Below, one piece after another: positions 26,026 to 39,302 of a stretch of 64,000 nucleotides of DNA. Numbering within the stretch: position 1 is the stretch's first letter; every line of letters starts with the position of its first letter. The stretch covers positions 124,001-188,000 of the forward strand of contig MEDY01000042.1 of NCBI GenBank assembly GCA_001724265.1, given 5' to 3'. A program made the position numbers and the translations under genes. Origin of the DNA: Rhizaria sp. SCN 62-66 (taxonomy: Eukaryota). Below the pieces are notes generated by a model that ran no database searches, had not been told where the DNA came from, and worked only from the letters and a program-made list of their open reading frames with translations.

Positions 26026-29000
26026 ATGGGTGTTAAAGACCTCTGGCGCTTGCTTGCGCCCACAGGCACGCACATTCCTCTCAGCACTTTGGCGCGGCAA
26101 CGCCTCGCTATCGATGCTTCGATGTGGCTCACGCAGTTCATTAAGGCCATGACGGATCCCCTCGGCCAACCTCTTCCCGGCGCTCACATCCAGGGCATGT
26201 TCCACCGCCTCGTACGTCTCACAACATTTCGCCGCAAGAAAACAATCATTTATGTTTAACATGCTACATTTTGCATCTAATAGCAACGACTCCATTTCTG
26301 TTTCTTTTTATCTTTAGTGTTGTTTGTTGGCGTACGGAGTCAAGCCCGTGGTTGTGTTCGACGGCCCCGCGCCCGCGCTCAAGCGCAAGACGCTGCAACA
26401 CCGCCGTCAGCGCCGCGACTCGGCCGCCAACCGCGCCGCCTCGGCCGCAGAACGCATTCTGCTTCAGCGGCTGAGTCTGAAGAAGCTTAGTGACGCGCAA
26501 AAGCAGGCGTCGGTCATCAGCAACGTCGCCGCTACCACTGCTGCTGCTGCTGCTGCGTCTGCCACAGCTAACAGTTCTACAACAGATGCTGCAAGTGCCA
26601 GTTCAGCTAGCGCAGTAATTGGCGCGAGATCCTCTGCTGCTGACACTGCACGTGTCGTTAGCGCCGCGCTTGCTTCTCAGTCGTCTCTCAATAACAGTAA
26701 TAATAACAACAACCGCACTAAGAAGGGCCGCTCCCGCAATGACGGCTCCAGCACTGCCGCGGCAGCGGGTGGTGCGGAGAGGGTGGTGCGCGACATTCGC
26801 GGCCACGTCGTCCGAATGGAGCCAATCAACCCGCGCACGCGCACCGATCCCCGCCACGAGCGTAATAAGCGGCGGCGGGTCGCCATGGGTGCTCTGGAAG
26901 CCATGGCGTACGCGAGCAATGTCAACTCCAACGCCGCTGATGGCGGTGCTGATGCCGATGAGTACCGTGCCGCCGGTGACAACGCCGGTTTGGCGAGTCC
27001 TGGCGTGAGTGTTGATCCGTTTCTGTCGATGCTGACTGGTTCTAGTGTCAATAAAAGCCTTGATCGGTCCAAAAGCGGCTTTGATGGCAACGGCGACAAT
27101 GACAATGAAGACGGCGACGGCATGAACGGCTTTTTCAACAGCGACGATGACGACGACGACGACGCCGGTGACGAAGACAGCGACATTGCATCTGATCACA
27201 GTGACCACGGTAGTGGCAGCGACAGTTAGGACTTCAGCTACAGCGGCACTGACAGTGACGTGGAAGTCACGTACGACGAAGCCGCCCACTGGCGTGACTT
27301 TGAAGCCAGCCTGCGCGATCCCACCTACGTCAGCAACTACAACAACAACAACACCATTATTTCGAATGCTAATAGTGCCAAAACCGTAGAGGGCTTGCCG
27401 TTTCGTAAGTCACGTGCCGCCGCTGTTGCCGCAATGGTTCAGGCACAGTCAAAGAACAGTATTCTGAACAAAGGCTCTAGCTCTAGCGCCAGTGCCAGTG
27501 CCAGTAATAATAATGAGTTTAGTGACTTTGCAGTTGGCAACCACGGGTTGGACGCTGACGACGGCAACGGCTTTGGTGATGACGACGACGACGATGACCG
27601 CAACGGCTTCACGAATACTGACGATGATGATAACTCGACTATTGACAACAAAAACAACGCGCAGTCAAGTCGCACTTTTGGTGGTACTGCCAATAACGAT
27701 GATTTTGGTGCACATGAGCGAGAAGATAATGACGATGACGATGACGTGATGGGTGGTGGTTTCCTCAACTCCAGCGACGATGACGACAATACGAACCTTA
27801 CCACTCGCGGTTATACTAGCAGGTCTTCATCATCTGCTACCGCTTCTGCCACTGCTGCAACGGAAGTTAAACCGCCGCTGTCCGCAGCCGACCGAGAGCA
27901 GCGCCGGTTGCAGCGTGAGAACGCAGAGCGTGACTCCCGTCAGCGCGCGTTGGCTCGGTTGGTTCAGTCCCGTGTCACGCAACAACAGCGCCAACTGCAC
28001 ACAGCATCTCAGCGCACTCTCAACGCGAACAACAACAACGAAGAAGAAGAGGATGAGTTTGCGCTTCATGGCACTAACTCCACCGACGCCGGCTTCGGCG
28101 GCGCGAATACGAGCGCAGCCTCGACTGGTGACCAGAAGGACGACGACGGCGAGGAGTGTTGGCGCCGTCTTATGCGCCGCGCTGAGCGCACTATGCTCAC
28201 CCCTGATGAGCTCGCCTCTCTGCCGCTATCAGTGCAGTTTGACGTCATGGAGCTACAGCGCGATCTCACCAAGCGCGAGACAGGCCGCGCCGTGTATGAC
28301 TCGCTGCGCGCGTCTGCAGTCTCCGCGCCCGGCCAGTTCAGCACGCAGCAGATCTCGCTGTTCCTGGATGCGAGCAAGACCATGGCCGACGTCGATAAGA
28401 TCCGGGCGCAACGTGTCGCGGAGCAGCGGATGCAGTCGGTTGGCGGTGTCGCCGGCGCCGTGCCGGTCGCGGGCGAGGCCGGGCGCGCTTTGCTCTACGG
28501 CACTGTCGACAACGCCGATCTCTTGCTCACAGCTAATAATAACAATAGCAACAACCCGCAAGCAGCCGCGAATGCGACGAAAGCGAGTGCTGAACCGATG
28601 TCGTATGCGAAGCGCGTTGCTGTGAAAAAGCTGCAAGACGCGGCTGCGACCACGCTGGTCGGGTTCGATCACGACGCGATTGTTGCTGGCCAGCTGAAGC
28701 CTCGCTTTCCTGCGAATGCAAAGCAAGGCGGGAACCCACAACAGCAACAGCAACAACAGCATTGGAGGCCAGGTGCCCCTCAGTTTGGCGGCAACACCAA
28801 CAAAAGCAATACGAACAACAAAGGTGGGTTTGGCGATGGTTCCGGGCTTAGCCGGGGACAGAAGAAACGCGCTGCATTCCGCGAACGCTTACTCGACATG
28901 GTGCGCGAGTCAAACAACACCGATAGCGGTAACAACACAAATACGAATGCGACTAGCAGCACTGTAAGTGCTGCGAATATGAGTCGTGGTGATGTGAAGG

Positions 29001-32000
29001 ACAACGGCGCGTGGATGACGGCTGGTGATGACGGCGATTTAAGTACCCTTGGCGGCAATCGAAGTGCTCGCAGCACTAATCAAACGGGTGTGATGAAGGT
29101 TGAGGTTGACCGCGATGGCGCTGAAGTTAAGCCGCATCGCAAAGAAGTGAAGCCGTTGGTTATCGAACAGGGAAGTGCTTTCACCGATGCTGTTGCTAAG
29201 AACAGTGATGCTGGTGAAAGTGGCGTCTGGGACTTGCTTCAAGGCCTTGGCGATGACAGCAATGGTGATGGTAACACGTCATCTGGTGCTAATTTACGCA
29301 CCTATGACAACGATGATGATGATGACGTCTATGGCTTGGACCGTTCTGCTGATAAGGATCATGACGCTGACAGTGAATGGGAGACTGAACCCACAGTTAC
29401 TGCCCCACGCACGAGGAACCCAGTCGCTGTAATGAAGCCGGAGCTTGGAACCACACTCGCTGTAAATGACGCGAATACTGCTGACGCGAATGCAAGTGAT
29501 GAGCAAGATGTGTACGACAACGAGGACGAGATTCTCGCGCAATCAATCATTTTGTCATATCAAAAGCATGTTACGTCCCAGAACACTCCCACAAACAACG
29601 TAACCAACGCAAACAATGCTGAAAGCGCTGACGATGCCGCTGGCTGCACTGGCGCGAAGGACGGCAACAGCGAGAGCGATGGCGACAGTGAGTGGGAGAG
29701 TTCACCTGTTTTCACTGCCAGTGTGGTTACTACCACGGCTAGCCCCGAGCACAGTCACTCGTCAGCTGCTCACAGTCACAGTTTTAGTTCGAGGCTCAAG
29801 AGTGGTGAGATTGAGACGATCACTCTCGACGACAGCTCTGACTCTGATTTTGACTCTAGAAGCAGCTCTAGCAGCAGCGCGCGTGTCAAGCCTGAGCCTG
29901 TACCTGTTGTGAACAACACTGTGACTGCTAAGGCCGGTGCTAGTGCGACAAACGATGATGTCGTAGCTCTATCTGACAGCGATGACTCTGTGACTGTGAG
30001 CGATGCCGAAGTTGCACTCTCTAACATTGTCGACGCACTGAAAACGGAGGCTGCGTCTGTTCCCGCTGTCCCTAACGCAACTGCTGATATGTCAGATTCT
30101 GATCTCAAAGTTAAGCCGCTGCAGGAAGACCAGGAGTCACAGTCACTTTCGCAGTTGCTGTCACAGTCATCATCCTCACAGTCTCAAGGCCCCCCGCCGC
30201 TGTCGCAAGGCCTCTCACAACTGTCCAACGACGAGAAACGTCCGCTCGAACTTAAGCCGCTTGAGCAAAGTGATCAGCTGTCACAGGTCGAGCTCTCGCA
30301 GGGTCCGCCCCCCCTGTCTCAGGGTACTCGCTCACAGTCGCCTAAACGCACTGATATCCCTAAGAACAACACTGGTGTGAGCGCGAGTCACGTCAACGAT
30401 GCGGCCGTGCGTCCAAGCGTTGGAGTCACGATCACGCCTACTGTCGCGGTCACTGCCGCTTTACACTCGGCTCCAGTGCCTTTTGACTCCACCGTAGCAA
30501 GCAGTACCTCAACAACCCTCGATTCCGAAGCCGCCTCAGCAGCAGTGGCAGACAGCCTGAACAGCGCACTCGCCGCCAGCGCCGCGTCCCCGACTGCTGA
30601 CGCGGAGTTCTCGGTCGCAGCCGCAGCGTCGTCGTCACATACACAGTGGGCAGCGCGTGCTTCTCTACCTTTTGCGCCGGAATCACTGGGCGAGTTCCAG
30701 TCCGCGGTGTGGGCCGCGACCGCGGAGGCCGCCGCTGTCGCCCGCGCCGCCGCCACCGCAAGCACCACGGTCACCGACAGCATGATCAAGGACGTGAAGC
30801 AACTGCTGCAGATCATGGGCGTGCCGTACATCGACGCCGCGGCGGAAGCGGAGGCGCAATGCGTGGTGCTGGAGCAGCTTGGGCTCGTCGATGGTGTGGT
30901 GACGGACGACAGTGACGTGTTTATTTTCGGCGGCAAGAGGGTTTTTCGGAACATGTTTGACCGCAAGAAGTACGTCGAGATGTACACGGCCGACGGGATC
31001 GAACGCGATTTGGGGCTCGACCGCGGTAAGTTGCTTTCTATGGCGATGCTATTGGGTTCGGATTACACGCCAGGGATCAAGAACATTGGCAAAGTGAACG
31101 CGATCGAGATCGTCTCTGTTTTCCCACCAGGGCCGGTCGGGCTGGCGGAATTCCGCCAGTGGTGCTACAGCTCAGACTCCTGCGCGAAACCGCCCACGAT
31201 CGACGCCGAACTGCTCCCGACGCTCTCGCCCGCAGACCGCGCCTCCGTGCTGTTGGCGTACCGGAAGGACATGTTCAAGCACCGGCACCGCAGCGCGCGC
31301 CGCCGCTGGCCCGTGCCCGCGAACTTCCCCGACGAGTCGATACTGCAGGCGTACGTCACGCCGACCGCAGACCGGTCGACGGAGAAGTTCAGCTGGGGCA
31401 GCATCGACGCGCCGGCGCTGTCGCGGTTCCTCGCGCTGCAGCTGGGCTGGGAAGGGACCGCGGTCGACCGGGCGCTGGCGCCTGTGCTGGAGGCGCAGAG
31501 GCGGGCCGGCACCGGCGCCGCGGGCGATATCGCGCAAACACGGCTGTTAGCCTACTATGGGCCGAGCGGGAAGTTTTCGAACTTAGCGTCGAAGCGTGTT
31601 ATCAAGGCGGTGCAGTTTCTCGCCGGCGATCGCACGACCACGGTCGCTGCGGTACAGACGCCGCAAGGAGGCGTCACGATCGGTTCTGGTATCACTAACT
31701 ATGCAGACCCCTTTACGGCGACAAACAAGTCTGCGACTGCTAGCGTGAACACTGGTAGCTCTAGCTCCAGCTCTAATGTCAGTGCCAGTGTTACTATGGC
31801 TGACGACAGTGACGAGGATGATAGCTCGAAGAACAACGCTCGCTCTGGCTCAAGCGCGAGTGCGAGCGCAAGTGCTGCGGGCATTGCAATTGATGACGAT
31901 GACGAGGAACTGGACAGCGGCAACCCGTTTGCTAGCCTTGCTGCTGGTGCTGGACACGGTCGCAGTGAGGACGATCCAAACCGTGGCCGAGGCATCGTGA

Positions 32001-32371
32001 CCGTGAACGACTTGATCTTGCGCCACCGTGCCGACTACGCCCTGCGGTTGACGCCGGAGGAGCTCGCTGAGATTGCGGCGATTAGTTCCAAGGGCAAGGG
32101 CAAAGGCAAGGGGAAAGATGCGAAGCGGAAGAGTGCTTTGAAGGCGACGTCTGTCAACGAGCCTGCTGGCAAGCGGAAGCCCCGTGCGAAGAAACAAGCA
32201 GCGCCGCCTGTTCACACTGCAAGTGTGAAGAGTGACGACAACAATGTCGCTGATGAGGAGGAGGAAGAAGAGGAGGACGAAGCTGTTGTTCGCAATGTCA
32301 AGACAAACAGGGGGCGTAAACGCACATTGGAGGACGCTCATGACAATGATGATGACGATGATGACGCGTAA
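26026..32371 (+). CDS. XPG: XPG/RAD2 (ERCC5) structure-specific endonuclease, ~2,079 aa; exons 26026-26211, 26318-32371; one in-frame TAG at 27227-27229
   Basis: N domain MGVKDLW...LAIDASMWLTQF...FHRL/CCLLAYGVKPVVVFDG. I domain LLQIMGVPYIDAAAEAEAQC...VDGVVTDDSDVFIFGG, and H3TH LLGSDYTPGIKNIGKVNAIEI. Intron 26212-26317 is GTACGT...TTTAG; ends TAA. Confidence 0.93.
27227..27229 (+). other. In-frame TAG in the XPG spacer region (GSGSDS*DFSYSGTDSDVEV)
   Basis: GAC AGT TAG GAC TTC; ORFs 26324..27229 and 27260..32371 share one frame with no other stop between them. Confidence 0.85.
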
Positions 32372-33079
32372 GTTAAACAGTGTTAACATGATCTACATTA
32401 GTTAAAGCTACCACTATTTAGGACGTATAAGAACAACATGGTCAAGAGAGCTGTACAAATGTACTTGTATTAAAAAAGTACATGTAGGAAGATATTTCAC
32501 TTAAGACCTCATCCATGATTACTATTGTTCTGATGCCGTGTTACTTTCACGACATAAATTGTCCATGTACAGTATATCTATCAAGCTTGTTGATATTTTC
32601 TCTTCGTATTGGGGGGACATGGCGCCCATCTATAAGGCTCGATTAATATCTTGTCGGTTCTTGAGCCAAAATGAGAGTTTAATGTGGTTTTCCAAATAAA
32701 ATAAAGTTCTAGTTGCATTTGGTGAACCCACCTTTGTTTGTGATTCATTTCGCGGCGATCAAATATTCTTACTATCTCGATCCGATAAGCGCTTGCGGAA
32801 GCGTGTATTGAATCATTACTCGTGTGTATCACTTGTGTATCAGTGTGAACTATCTTGCTATAGCTATATGGTTACCTTACTATTTAAAAATCATTATTGG
32901 AATGCGATGTGTTTGAATATTACGTTGCGGACACACGTCTTCACCGCGAAGTTGAGGAAGGACTCGTGACGTGCTCCTACAGCTGTTACTCTTGGATACT
33001 TCTCGATAGTTTTCATGTGCAGTATATGTACATGTACATGTACAGGTGTCCATGTGTATATCGTACCTTAGTTGGTTAC

Positions 33080-36000
33080 TCACTCTCCGCCCTCTAGCCC
33101 CTCCTCCTCGCGCGCAAAGCCTGCGCCATGAACCCTCTCCGGCGACTGTGCCCTCCGCATCCTCCCTCCATCATAGTCGTCGTCGTTGTTACCGCCGCGA
33201 CCGCGACCGTGACCGCCACCGTCCTCGTCGTCGTCGTCATCGCGCATCGCCGCCCCACGACGGCCGCCCTCGCCGCCACTGCGGCGCCCTGCCGGCCGCT
33301 GCGAGAGGAGGTTCCGCTGGATCTGAGACGATAGACCGAGTCCGCGCATCAAGCGCCCGTGACCGTGTGCGCCGCGGGCACCGCCGCGGCTGAGACTGTG
33401 GCCGCTCTGAATGTCGTCGTCGTAGTCGTCGTCGTCGTCGTTGTCGCCGCCGCTGTCGTTGTTTTCGTCGAACTCATCGTTCGCAGTGGAAAGGCTGTTG
33501 CTAATGCTGTTGTACGCAGTGTGAACATTACTGGCGTTATCGCCGCCGCCGCCACCGTAATCGCTATCGTCGCCGGCAGAGTCATCGAACTCGTGCTCTT
33601 GCGCGAACAGACCGGCCGACGCGTTCAGAGTCTCACGCGTCTGCTGCAACGTCTGCGGCTTGACTTTCCCGCGGCTTGACGCAGCGATAGCGCTCAGCTT
33701 GCTGGCGCGGAGGGACGCGAGCATACTCGCTTGCTGATCTTCGGCCGACGCAAACTCCTGCTGCTGCTGTTGCTGCCGGAACGGTTGTTGTTGTTGTTGC
33801 GGAGTGGCTAACTTGGCGGCTTGCTGCGCTGCTGAGCTGGAGCCGCGCCGCGTCGTGGGGGTGCTGACGTTCTGCGCCGGACTACTCGCGGCCGAGCCCA
33901 GCAAGCGCCGCGGCGTCAGCACGGCGGCCGCGCGCGACAGCTTACTCGCCGGCGCCGGCGTGAACATCTCGCTCACAGGCACTTCCGCGAGTTTCGATGA
34001 GGCGGCGAGCCCGTCTGGGATTGGCATAAACGGCGATTGGGGCTCGGCGAAGCTGCTGCTGATAGCAGTGCGCGGCGTTGTTGCCGTGGCTGTTGCGGCA
34101 GCGCTGCTGCGGCCGCTGCGGCGACTGCGGACGTCGCGCGGGGACAGCTCCAACTCAGCGCGTGCACTGCTCGCGCTAGCGGTAGCGGGCGTTGTTGTCG
34201 GGGTCGACGGCGCGGCAGCAGCGCGGGACAGGCCATGCGACTGCGGTGCGCCAGAGACAGCGGCGCGGCTGCGTGACGGCGATGTAAGGGCTACGACACT
34301 GGCACTTGCAGCGGAGTCGTCGTCGCCGTCAGTCATCGTGACACCGCCGGTTGTGCTTGCGGCAGCTTGCTTCGAGGGCGGCAACGGGGGCCTCCCCGGG
34401 GCAGTCGCAGTGGCAGCTGCGCCTGCGTTCAGTGCGCGCGGCGACACAAATCCACTTGCACTGCTAGCATCAGGGGCAGCGGTCGCAATTGATGTGGGCG
34501 TTTGTGCTTGAGAGCGCGGCTTTGAGCCAGATGACCGTTGCTGCTGCTGTTGCGGTGTATTGGCAACCGTACTATCTCTCGCAGCAGGAGTCATGCGCCC
34601 ACGGTCACTTGCAGTTTCACTTGCGGGCTGCTCACGGTCACTCATGTCAACAGCAGCACTCGAATCAGTGCTGCTGCTACCGCTAGTCGAAGCAAGACGC
34701 GACCGTTTAGCGACCTGAGCAGCGGCTGCAGCGGTTTCAGCTGGACCTTCAACAGTCTCTTGCTTAACCTCAGTACTACAATCGGCAATCACATCAACAT
34801 TACCGCGAATTGGTGTGCCACGCGTGCGAACAGACTCACGAGCACGTGCGCCGACATCGGCGTTCTTGTCGGCCACGTCTTCATCGTGTTTTCTGTCTCT
34901 AGCGTCGACCGCGGCCACATGGTCCTTGTCAGTTGCACTCTTATCAGTGCTCGCAGCAACGCTCGTATGTGGCACGTGAGGGGCTTGAGGCGTTGTCCGC
35001 ATACGCAACCGACCGGGACTCGCAACTGCACTCACATTCGTCCCAGCACTGGCGCTCGCACTCGAACTCGAAGCGCTGGCGCTAGAGCTGGAGTCAAAGC
35101 TACTGGTCAGAGCGGGGCTCGTCGCCGCAGCAGCAGCAGTGCCCGCGTAAGCGACTGTGCTGGCGGTGTGGAGAGGACTACGCTGCATGAGCGCCGGTGC
35201 GCGCTGTCCGGCCAGAGGGCCCTGGACTGGCGCTGCCACTGCCATCGCCATCATGCCTGTCCCGTGAGCCCCCGCCGCCGCGCCCATCCCCGGCCGTCCC
35301 ATAGTAACCGGCACCGGACCCCTCGGGTGACCGTGGGCAGCGGCGGCGAGGTGACCGTGAGCAGAGGCGGCAGCTGATGTGGGTGACTGGAGTGGGAGCA
35401 CGCCCACCGTCGCCCTCTCAGTCATCTTCTCGACCGTGACATCGACATACTGCGGAATCACTTCGCTCACTTCGACGTTCCAGCGCGTCTTCCGGTCCAA
35501 CAACCGTGCGCGACGGGGCGCGATCGCCGCGTCACAGCGAAGTGAAGCCGCCTTGGCCGAGCGCACGGGGCACTTAGACTCGCTAAGGGCGTCCTCGAGG
35601 GACCGCGGCGGACGCAGCGGGTCAGGATAAGCGGTTGTGGCGTTGTCGGGCACTGGTGACGGAAGCGTTGAGTATGACACCACGACAGGCGGGCGCAATG
35701 GCATCAAAGAGACCTAAAAAAAAAAGAAACAGTCAAACACGAAAAATAAAGGTTCTCTGAGTTAGATAAAGTGGATAGTGCATCGATATGAAACGTGTCA
35801 GGGGTTGAAAAAAATAATTTAAGAATGCATGAACGTGAACACATAGACGTACCCAGCCGTGGGGAGCAAGCTTGGCTGCAAGTTTGCGCGTCACAGCGCT
35901 CTCTTGCTTGCTCGCATCGATGATACCACCATCGACTACAATATCATTACTGTCGTCAACACCATCTTCGTCGTCAGTATCAGCATCGCTATCAAGACTC

Positions 36001-38805
36001 CTGGCCGACTTCGACGTCTCACTGCGACTGCGATGATCGCCCGTGTCGTCGACGTTATCATCATCCATATCACTGTCACTGTCATCGCTGTACTCGTTCT
36101 CCAAGTCAGCAATCACCGCGGCGTAATCAACAGCGGGCAACTTGCGCAACGCCGCCGTCGCCGCCGCGCCGCGCCCGCCGCTCTGCTCCCACGCCGCTAC
36201 GGCCTGCTGCCCCTGCGGCGTTTTCAGCAAGGCCGCGTGCGCGCGCGTGAGCCGGCGGTCGTAGCGGCGCACCAGCCGCGCCGCCGCGGCAGTGCGCCGC
36301 GCAGTGGCCCTGGTGGAGACAGCAGGAACTGGCAGGCCGATGCCGAGAATGACGCACCCGGGGAAACGGGCCTCGGCGGCGGCGTAGAACACGGCCCGGT
36401 CGATCACGGTGGAACCCGTGGGTGCGCCGCTCGGTAAGTGACTGTGAGCATATGATGAACGACTTGTGTGCGCACCCATACTACTGGAGTTACCCATGCC
36501 CGCGCTATTGGTGGGGATGATCGAGGACGGGAACGCATAGAACACAGGCTGCAGCGGCGCAGTAAGCTCTAACAGCTCCGCAGGCTCAGTCAACTCGTAC
36601 GGACTCGTCTCAGGCGCCAGCACAGCGGCCAGCTCCGCCACCGCCACGGCCGCGGACTCATGGCATGCGAAAGCGGACGCTGGTGGCAGCTTCAGCGGTG
36701 AGTATGGCAAATGCAGCTGCACAGGCACGTCGAGTGCGTCTTCGGGAGGGGAATTGGCGTCAAATCCACGGTAATGCGCGGGCTCAGCTGGCCCCGCACC
36801 GCTGTTACTAGAAGAGCCGGTTGATGACGATGATGATGCGGCGCGGAGTAACGGCCGCGAGTCGCGCAGCGCGGCGGTGGCGGCGACAACATCTGCAATA
36901 AACGCCTCGGATCGCGCAAGCGTGGCTTCGAAGGCGGTGTGTGAAGCCCAGAGCGGGTAGTTTGTGACCCACATCGAGAGCCGCGACTGGAGCAACACGG
37001 TTGCCGGATGTGTCGGAGCTCCGAGGCACAGGATCGAGGCTGCGGAGACAATACCTGCGAGTCGGTAGTCGTTCTCACGGGCTAATACAGAGTGCAGCGG
37101 CATCGTGCGCAGAGAGTGGAAACGCGTCGCAGGGAAAAACTCCTCGTGATGCACGTCTCCGTCCTTCATCATACTGGAACCCATGATACCCGTACCGCTC
37201 ACAGTCCCCTCAGAGCCGCTTCCGCCGCCGAACTTGTTCTCCGCGGCGTCGGCGTGCGCTGAGGCGCCGCTGCCGCTGGCCTCGAACGGGATCCGCAGCA
37301 GGAGCCCGCGCGCCGTGGTGGACACTGTGCCCTGTCCGGTCTTCGTGCGGCCGCGGCGGCAGACCGACAGAGCGCGCACGCAGCTGCCAGCGCGGAAGGA
37401 AGCGGCCTTGGCAAACGCGGTGTGGATGGCGGTGGCGCCGCCGGTCAGGACGGCCGTCTCGGCGGTGCTTGCGATGCAGAGCTTGGGCATGGAGCGCAGA
37501 CTCGCCTCCTGTGGTAGCAAATGCAGGAAATCAAGCGTAGTGTCACGATAAGTAAGGAAATGACAAAAAGATAATTTGATTTCAATGTAAACTTTGAAAA
37601 AATGAAATGGAGATGATAATTATTGACGTGAAATAATACAGTATGAAGAAGATAAACTCGATTTAACGAGAGAGTGTAAGCACAGAGCCATACAAAGTAA
37701 ACGAGTATTAAGACGTACCTGGACGGGGATGATGTACTCACGCATGATTCCAGTCATCTTCGCAGTGCAATTCACACGCAGCTGGTTATAGTGCGACGAG
37801 TATGTCATATGGTAGATATCACAGGGCTGCCTGGAGCGGAAGAGAGGCAGCATGTGACGCGGGTTGATGCAAAACGCGAGGGACGGCGGATCATACGCGA
37901 CAATACTGCACTCGGCGCCGCCCTCATTCGCACTTGCGCTCGCACTGCTGCCTCTGCTGTCGCCGTCGTTGTTAATCCCCGGTGCTGCTGCTTCGAGCGT
38001 GTACAACAACGCGCCAGCGAAGCCGTGCGCGAGGAAAAACGACCCCGTCTGCTCCCGCGTCAGCGGCAAAGGCCGCGCCTCGGCGGCCGCAGCCATGGCC
38101 TGCGCAACCGCGGGCGGCGGCGGCGGCGTAGGCTGCGGCCACGGCTCGGGGTCGGCGCCGTAGCGCGCCGCGATGGCGTCTGTGACGTCTGGGTGCATAG
38201 ACTGCGGCATCGAGGGGAAGGGCGTCGAGAGGGAGACGGTGAGGTGCTCGTCGGCAAGGGCTGTGGTAAGGGAAAACGTGACAGAGCGGGTTGAGATCTG
38301 CACCCACACGCCGTCTTCAGACGCTGGGATGGGAAAGAAAGCAAGAGAATGAAAAAAATAAAGCAAGCACTTTAGAGTTAGAATATAGTGCACAGGAAGG
38401 TAAAAGTGTGTGGCAAAATTATAACAGCACTTTAACTTTATGTACACAGCCACCTATGCACAATGCATGGATTTGACGTGATATATTATGTGTTCAGTGA
38501 AAGTGTGACGTACGCATGAGAGAGAAGCGTTCGAAGGCCTCTGCGAGCACCGAGATGTTCGACCCCGGGAACACACCATACCAGTCAAGCCGCGTCTGCT
38601 CAGCCTGGCGCCGCTGCTGCAGGAGCACGTCGTAGTCGGGCACCGAGGGGTCGAGCTCGAGCGGCGCGCTGCAGTCGCTGTCACTGAGACCGACGCTGAC
38701 GCAGGCGCGGGCGTTGTCGATGATCACGCGGAACGCGTTCGCGCGCTGGGCCGCGGTGTCTTCAGCTGTTCGCGGGCGACGACCGCCGCGGAAAGGGCGC
38801 GACAT
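33080..38805 (-). CDS. RAD9: RAD9-like 9-1-1 checkpoint clamp subunit with long low-complexity extensions, ~1,728 aa; exons 38805-38514, 38323-37719, 37508-35853, 35713-33080
   Basis: Three GTACGT...YAG introns join four ORFs in frame. Segments GSNISVLAEAF, AFCINPRHMLPLFRS...QLRVNCTAKMTGIMREYIIPVQ and LGAPTHPATVLL...FEATLA resemble the Rad9 PCNA-like fold in the right order (by-eye, divergent). Ends TGA. Confidence 0.6.
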
Positions 38806-39302
38806 AGCGAGTGGGGGCGTGCGCAAGTGTCACCAAGTGTTGATGAAGGTGCACACGAGCTCGGGCAAGCGCGACTGGAGCGAAGCGCGCGGATAGTGGG
38901 AAGGCTAGATGTGCGGCGAGTGGTCTATAGAGCCGAAAATAATATTCTTAAGTAAATCAAAATAGAATAGTATACAAAGTAAACATATATTTCGAAAACC
39001 AAAATTTTGTTTCAAATGACGATCATATCTGCGAGATATACCAGTGGGAATATGTGATCTTTGAGCGCGGGCTGATAGCTCCACTCGGTTCACCACAAAC
39101 GTTTTTCGCAAGGCCGACGTGAACACAATACCAAATGAGACGCATATAGTCCGTCTGTATATATGCTATGTTGCGATCTCGCGGTGAGCTGTAATAATGT
39201 ATTTGTCATTTTAATTATACATCTACACCAATTGAATTCGGCTCACTGAACATCTCACTGTACACACTCGCTTGTGTTGCTTCTGCGAAGTCCGGCGATC
39301 TT

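Noticed and set aside
26908-27237. Possible 330-nt in-frame intron GTACGC...TTCAG removing the XPG TAG
   Set aside because: Exon-like composition with in-frame Asp/Asn codon runs and no stop other than the TAG, whereas the supported introns are AT-richer and at most 214 nt. Disfavoured, not excluded.
24064-38805. NUF2-XPG-RAD9 as a functional genome-maintenance cluster
   Set aside because: Three genes in different pathways among unrelated neighbours; chance adjacency cannot be excluded without synteny data.
38830-38907. Coding-looking stretch upstream of RAD9 bounded by in-frame TAG and TGA (*PSHYPRASLQSRLPELVCTFINTW*)
   Set aside because: No ATG or splice acceptor feeds it, and a TGA blocks it from the CDS. 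Treated as 5' UTR and not counted as evidence for recoding.
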